DNA from: Pseudomonadota bacterium
GTDB lineage: Bacteria; Pseudomonadota; Gammaproteobacteria; Arenicellales; Poriferihabitantaceae
DNA length: 64,000 nt
Assembly: GCA_039029455.1 (NCBI GenBank)
Contig: JBCCGE010000001.1
Span: forward strand, 2,151 to 66,150
Direction of reading: 5' to 3'
Shown: one piece after another, positions 63,259 to 64,000 of the stretch
Position numbering within the stretch: the first letter of the stretch is position 1
Layout of the letters: each line of letters opens with the position of its first letter
Notes under the pieces: generated by a model
What the model saw: the letters and a program-made list of their open reading frames with translations, nothing else
The model's database searches: none
Told to the model about the DNA's origin: nothing
Translations under genes and position numbers: made by a program

Positions 63259-64000
63259 ATCTGTTTCATCTGGGATTGAAAAGTCTTTGGAGTCGTCGTT
63301 ACACAGCAATACTGGTGCTGTTGACTGTGGCCATCAGTACGGCACTTCTGATCGGCGTGGAGCGTATTCGTCACAGTACCAAGTCGAGCTTTACCAACAC
63401 AGTGTCCGGGGTCGATCTGATCGTGGGTGCGCGCAGTGGATCCATTTCACTGCTGCTTTACTCGGTTTTTCGTCTGGGGAATCCGACCAACAACATCACC
63501 TGGGAGAGCTACAGGGACTTTGCCGAAAAGCAGGGCGTCGCCTGGACAATTCCGCTTTCTCTCGGAGACTCTCATCGCGGGTTTCGGGTGCTTGGCACCA
63601 GTAGGGATTACTTTGAATATTACAAAATTGGTCGCGGACGGTCGCTGGTTTTCGATGCCGGCAACGAATTTGATCAGTTGCTGGACGTGGTGCTGGGTGC
63701 TGAGGTCGCAGAGCAGCTCAACTATAAAATCGGCGATGAGATAATTATCGCGCACGGACTCGGCACCACCAGTTTTTCGAATCATGACGACAATCCGTTT
63801 ACCGTAAGTGGCATATTGGCCCGCACCGGAACACCGGTTGATCGCACTCTGCATGTGAGTCTGGAGGCAATTGAAGCCATCCATGTCGGTTGGGAGGGAG
63901 GCGTTAAGATTCCGGGAGCGACCCGCTCCGTGTCTCAACTTAGAGACAAGGACCTCCAGCCAAAGGCAATCACGGCATTTATGCTGGGTCTTGAGAGTCG
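63255..64000 (+). CDS. ABC transporter permease (FtsX/MacB-type), 3' end outside window
   Basis: This ORF is not in the supplied track because it has no stop within the window. I translated frame 3 from ATG 63255 (ATGA overlap with the ATPase stop) to 64000 and saw no stop. The product begins MNLFHLGLKSLWSRRYTAILVLLTVAISTALLIGVERIR, followed by a periplasmic domain (GFRVLGTSRDYFEYYK...LGAEVAEQLNYKIGDEIIIAHG), the MacB/FtsX layout. Confidence 0.8.
   Translation, partial: MNLFHLGLKSLWSRRYTAILVLLTVAISTALLIGVERIRHSTKSSFTNTVSGVDLIVGARSGSISLLLYSVFRLGNPTNNITWESYRDFAEKQGVAWTIPLSLGDSHRGFRVLGTSRDYFEYYKIGRGRSLVFDAGNEFDQLLDVVLGAEVAEQLNYKIGDEIIIAHGLGTTSFSNHDDNPFTVSGILARTGTPVDRTLHVSLEAIEAIHVGWEGGVKIPGATRSVSQLRDKDLQPKAITAFMLGLES

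Noticed and set aside
1-64000. Searched for CRISPR arrays, integrases, transposases, prophage blocks, tRNA/rRNA genes and obvious defence-system hallmarks (nucleases with ATPases, TIR, Sir2, reverse transcriptase).
   Set aside because: None of the ORF translations shows such motifs. The only repeats are the 39-bp coding array and isolated inverted repeats. The window looks like metabolic or accessory chromosome rather than a mobile or defence island.

Overview
This 64-kb chromosomal window holds about 58 supported protein-coding genes. I found no rRNA, tRNA, CRISPR array, transposase or integrase. The gene content fits an aquatic or marine Gammaproteobacterium, though that is inference only; the pointers are heterotetrameric sarcosine oxidase, dimethylglycine dehydrogenase, a pyrrolysine-free MttB, a ZrgA-like zinc module and a consensus CRP box.

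The window is a patchwork of regulator-linked catabolic modules for nitrogenous small molecules:
- (i) An M24 peptidase, a DUF1989 protein and an HDAC-like amidohydrolase at the left edge.
- (ii) A translationally coupled trio at 8.9-14.4 kb: a large Orn/Lys/Arg decarboxylase, an ATP-grasp ligase and a C45 Ntn-hydrolase.
- (iii) An amidase and a DoeB-like deacylase.
- (iv) A LysR-controlled, tightly coupled eight-gene oxidative operon at 18.4-28.4 kb. It is built around a gamma-butyrobetaine-hydroxylase-type dioxygenase, and I cannot map it to a known pathway.
- (v) A minus-strand glycine-betaine demethylation block at 30.8-40.3 kb: dimethylglycine dehydrogenase, MttB-family methyltransferase, TetR and soxBDAG.
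- (vi) Several small accessory loci: an SPFH protein, SnoaL/NTF2 proteins with an AraC regulator, an agmatinase-family enzyme, and a LysR regulator with three oxidoreductases.
- (vii) A 1,084-aa secreted multidomain protein with FG-GAP, FN3, LamG and TSP3 domains.
- (viii) A ZrgA/ABC-transporter zinc-type module at the right edge. Its periplasmic protein carries a 39-bp tandem repeat encoding a His/Asp array.

The best candidates for undescribed biology are the eight-gene BBOX-centred operon, the decarboxylase/ATP-grasp/C45 trio, the corrinoid-partner-less MttB embedded in an aerobic betaine operon, and a two-gene hypothetical module at 5.7-7.3 kb. All functional calls come from by-eye motif recognition in the translated ORFs. 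No database search was possible.
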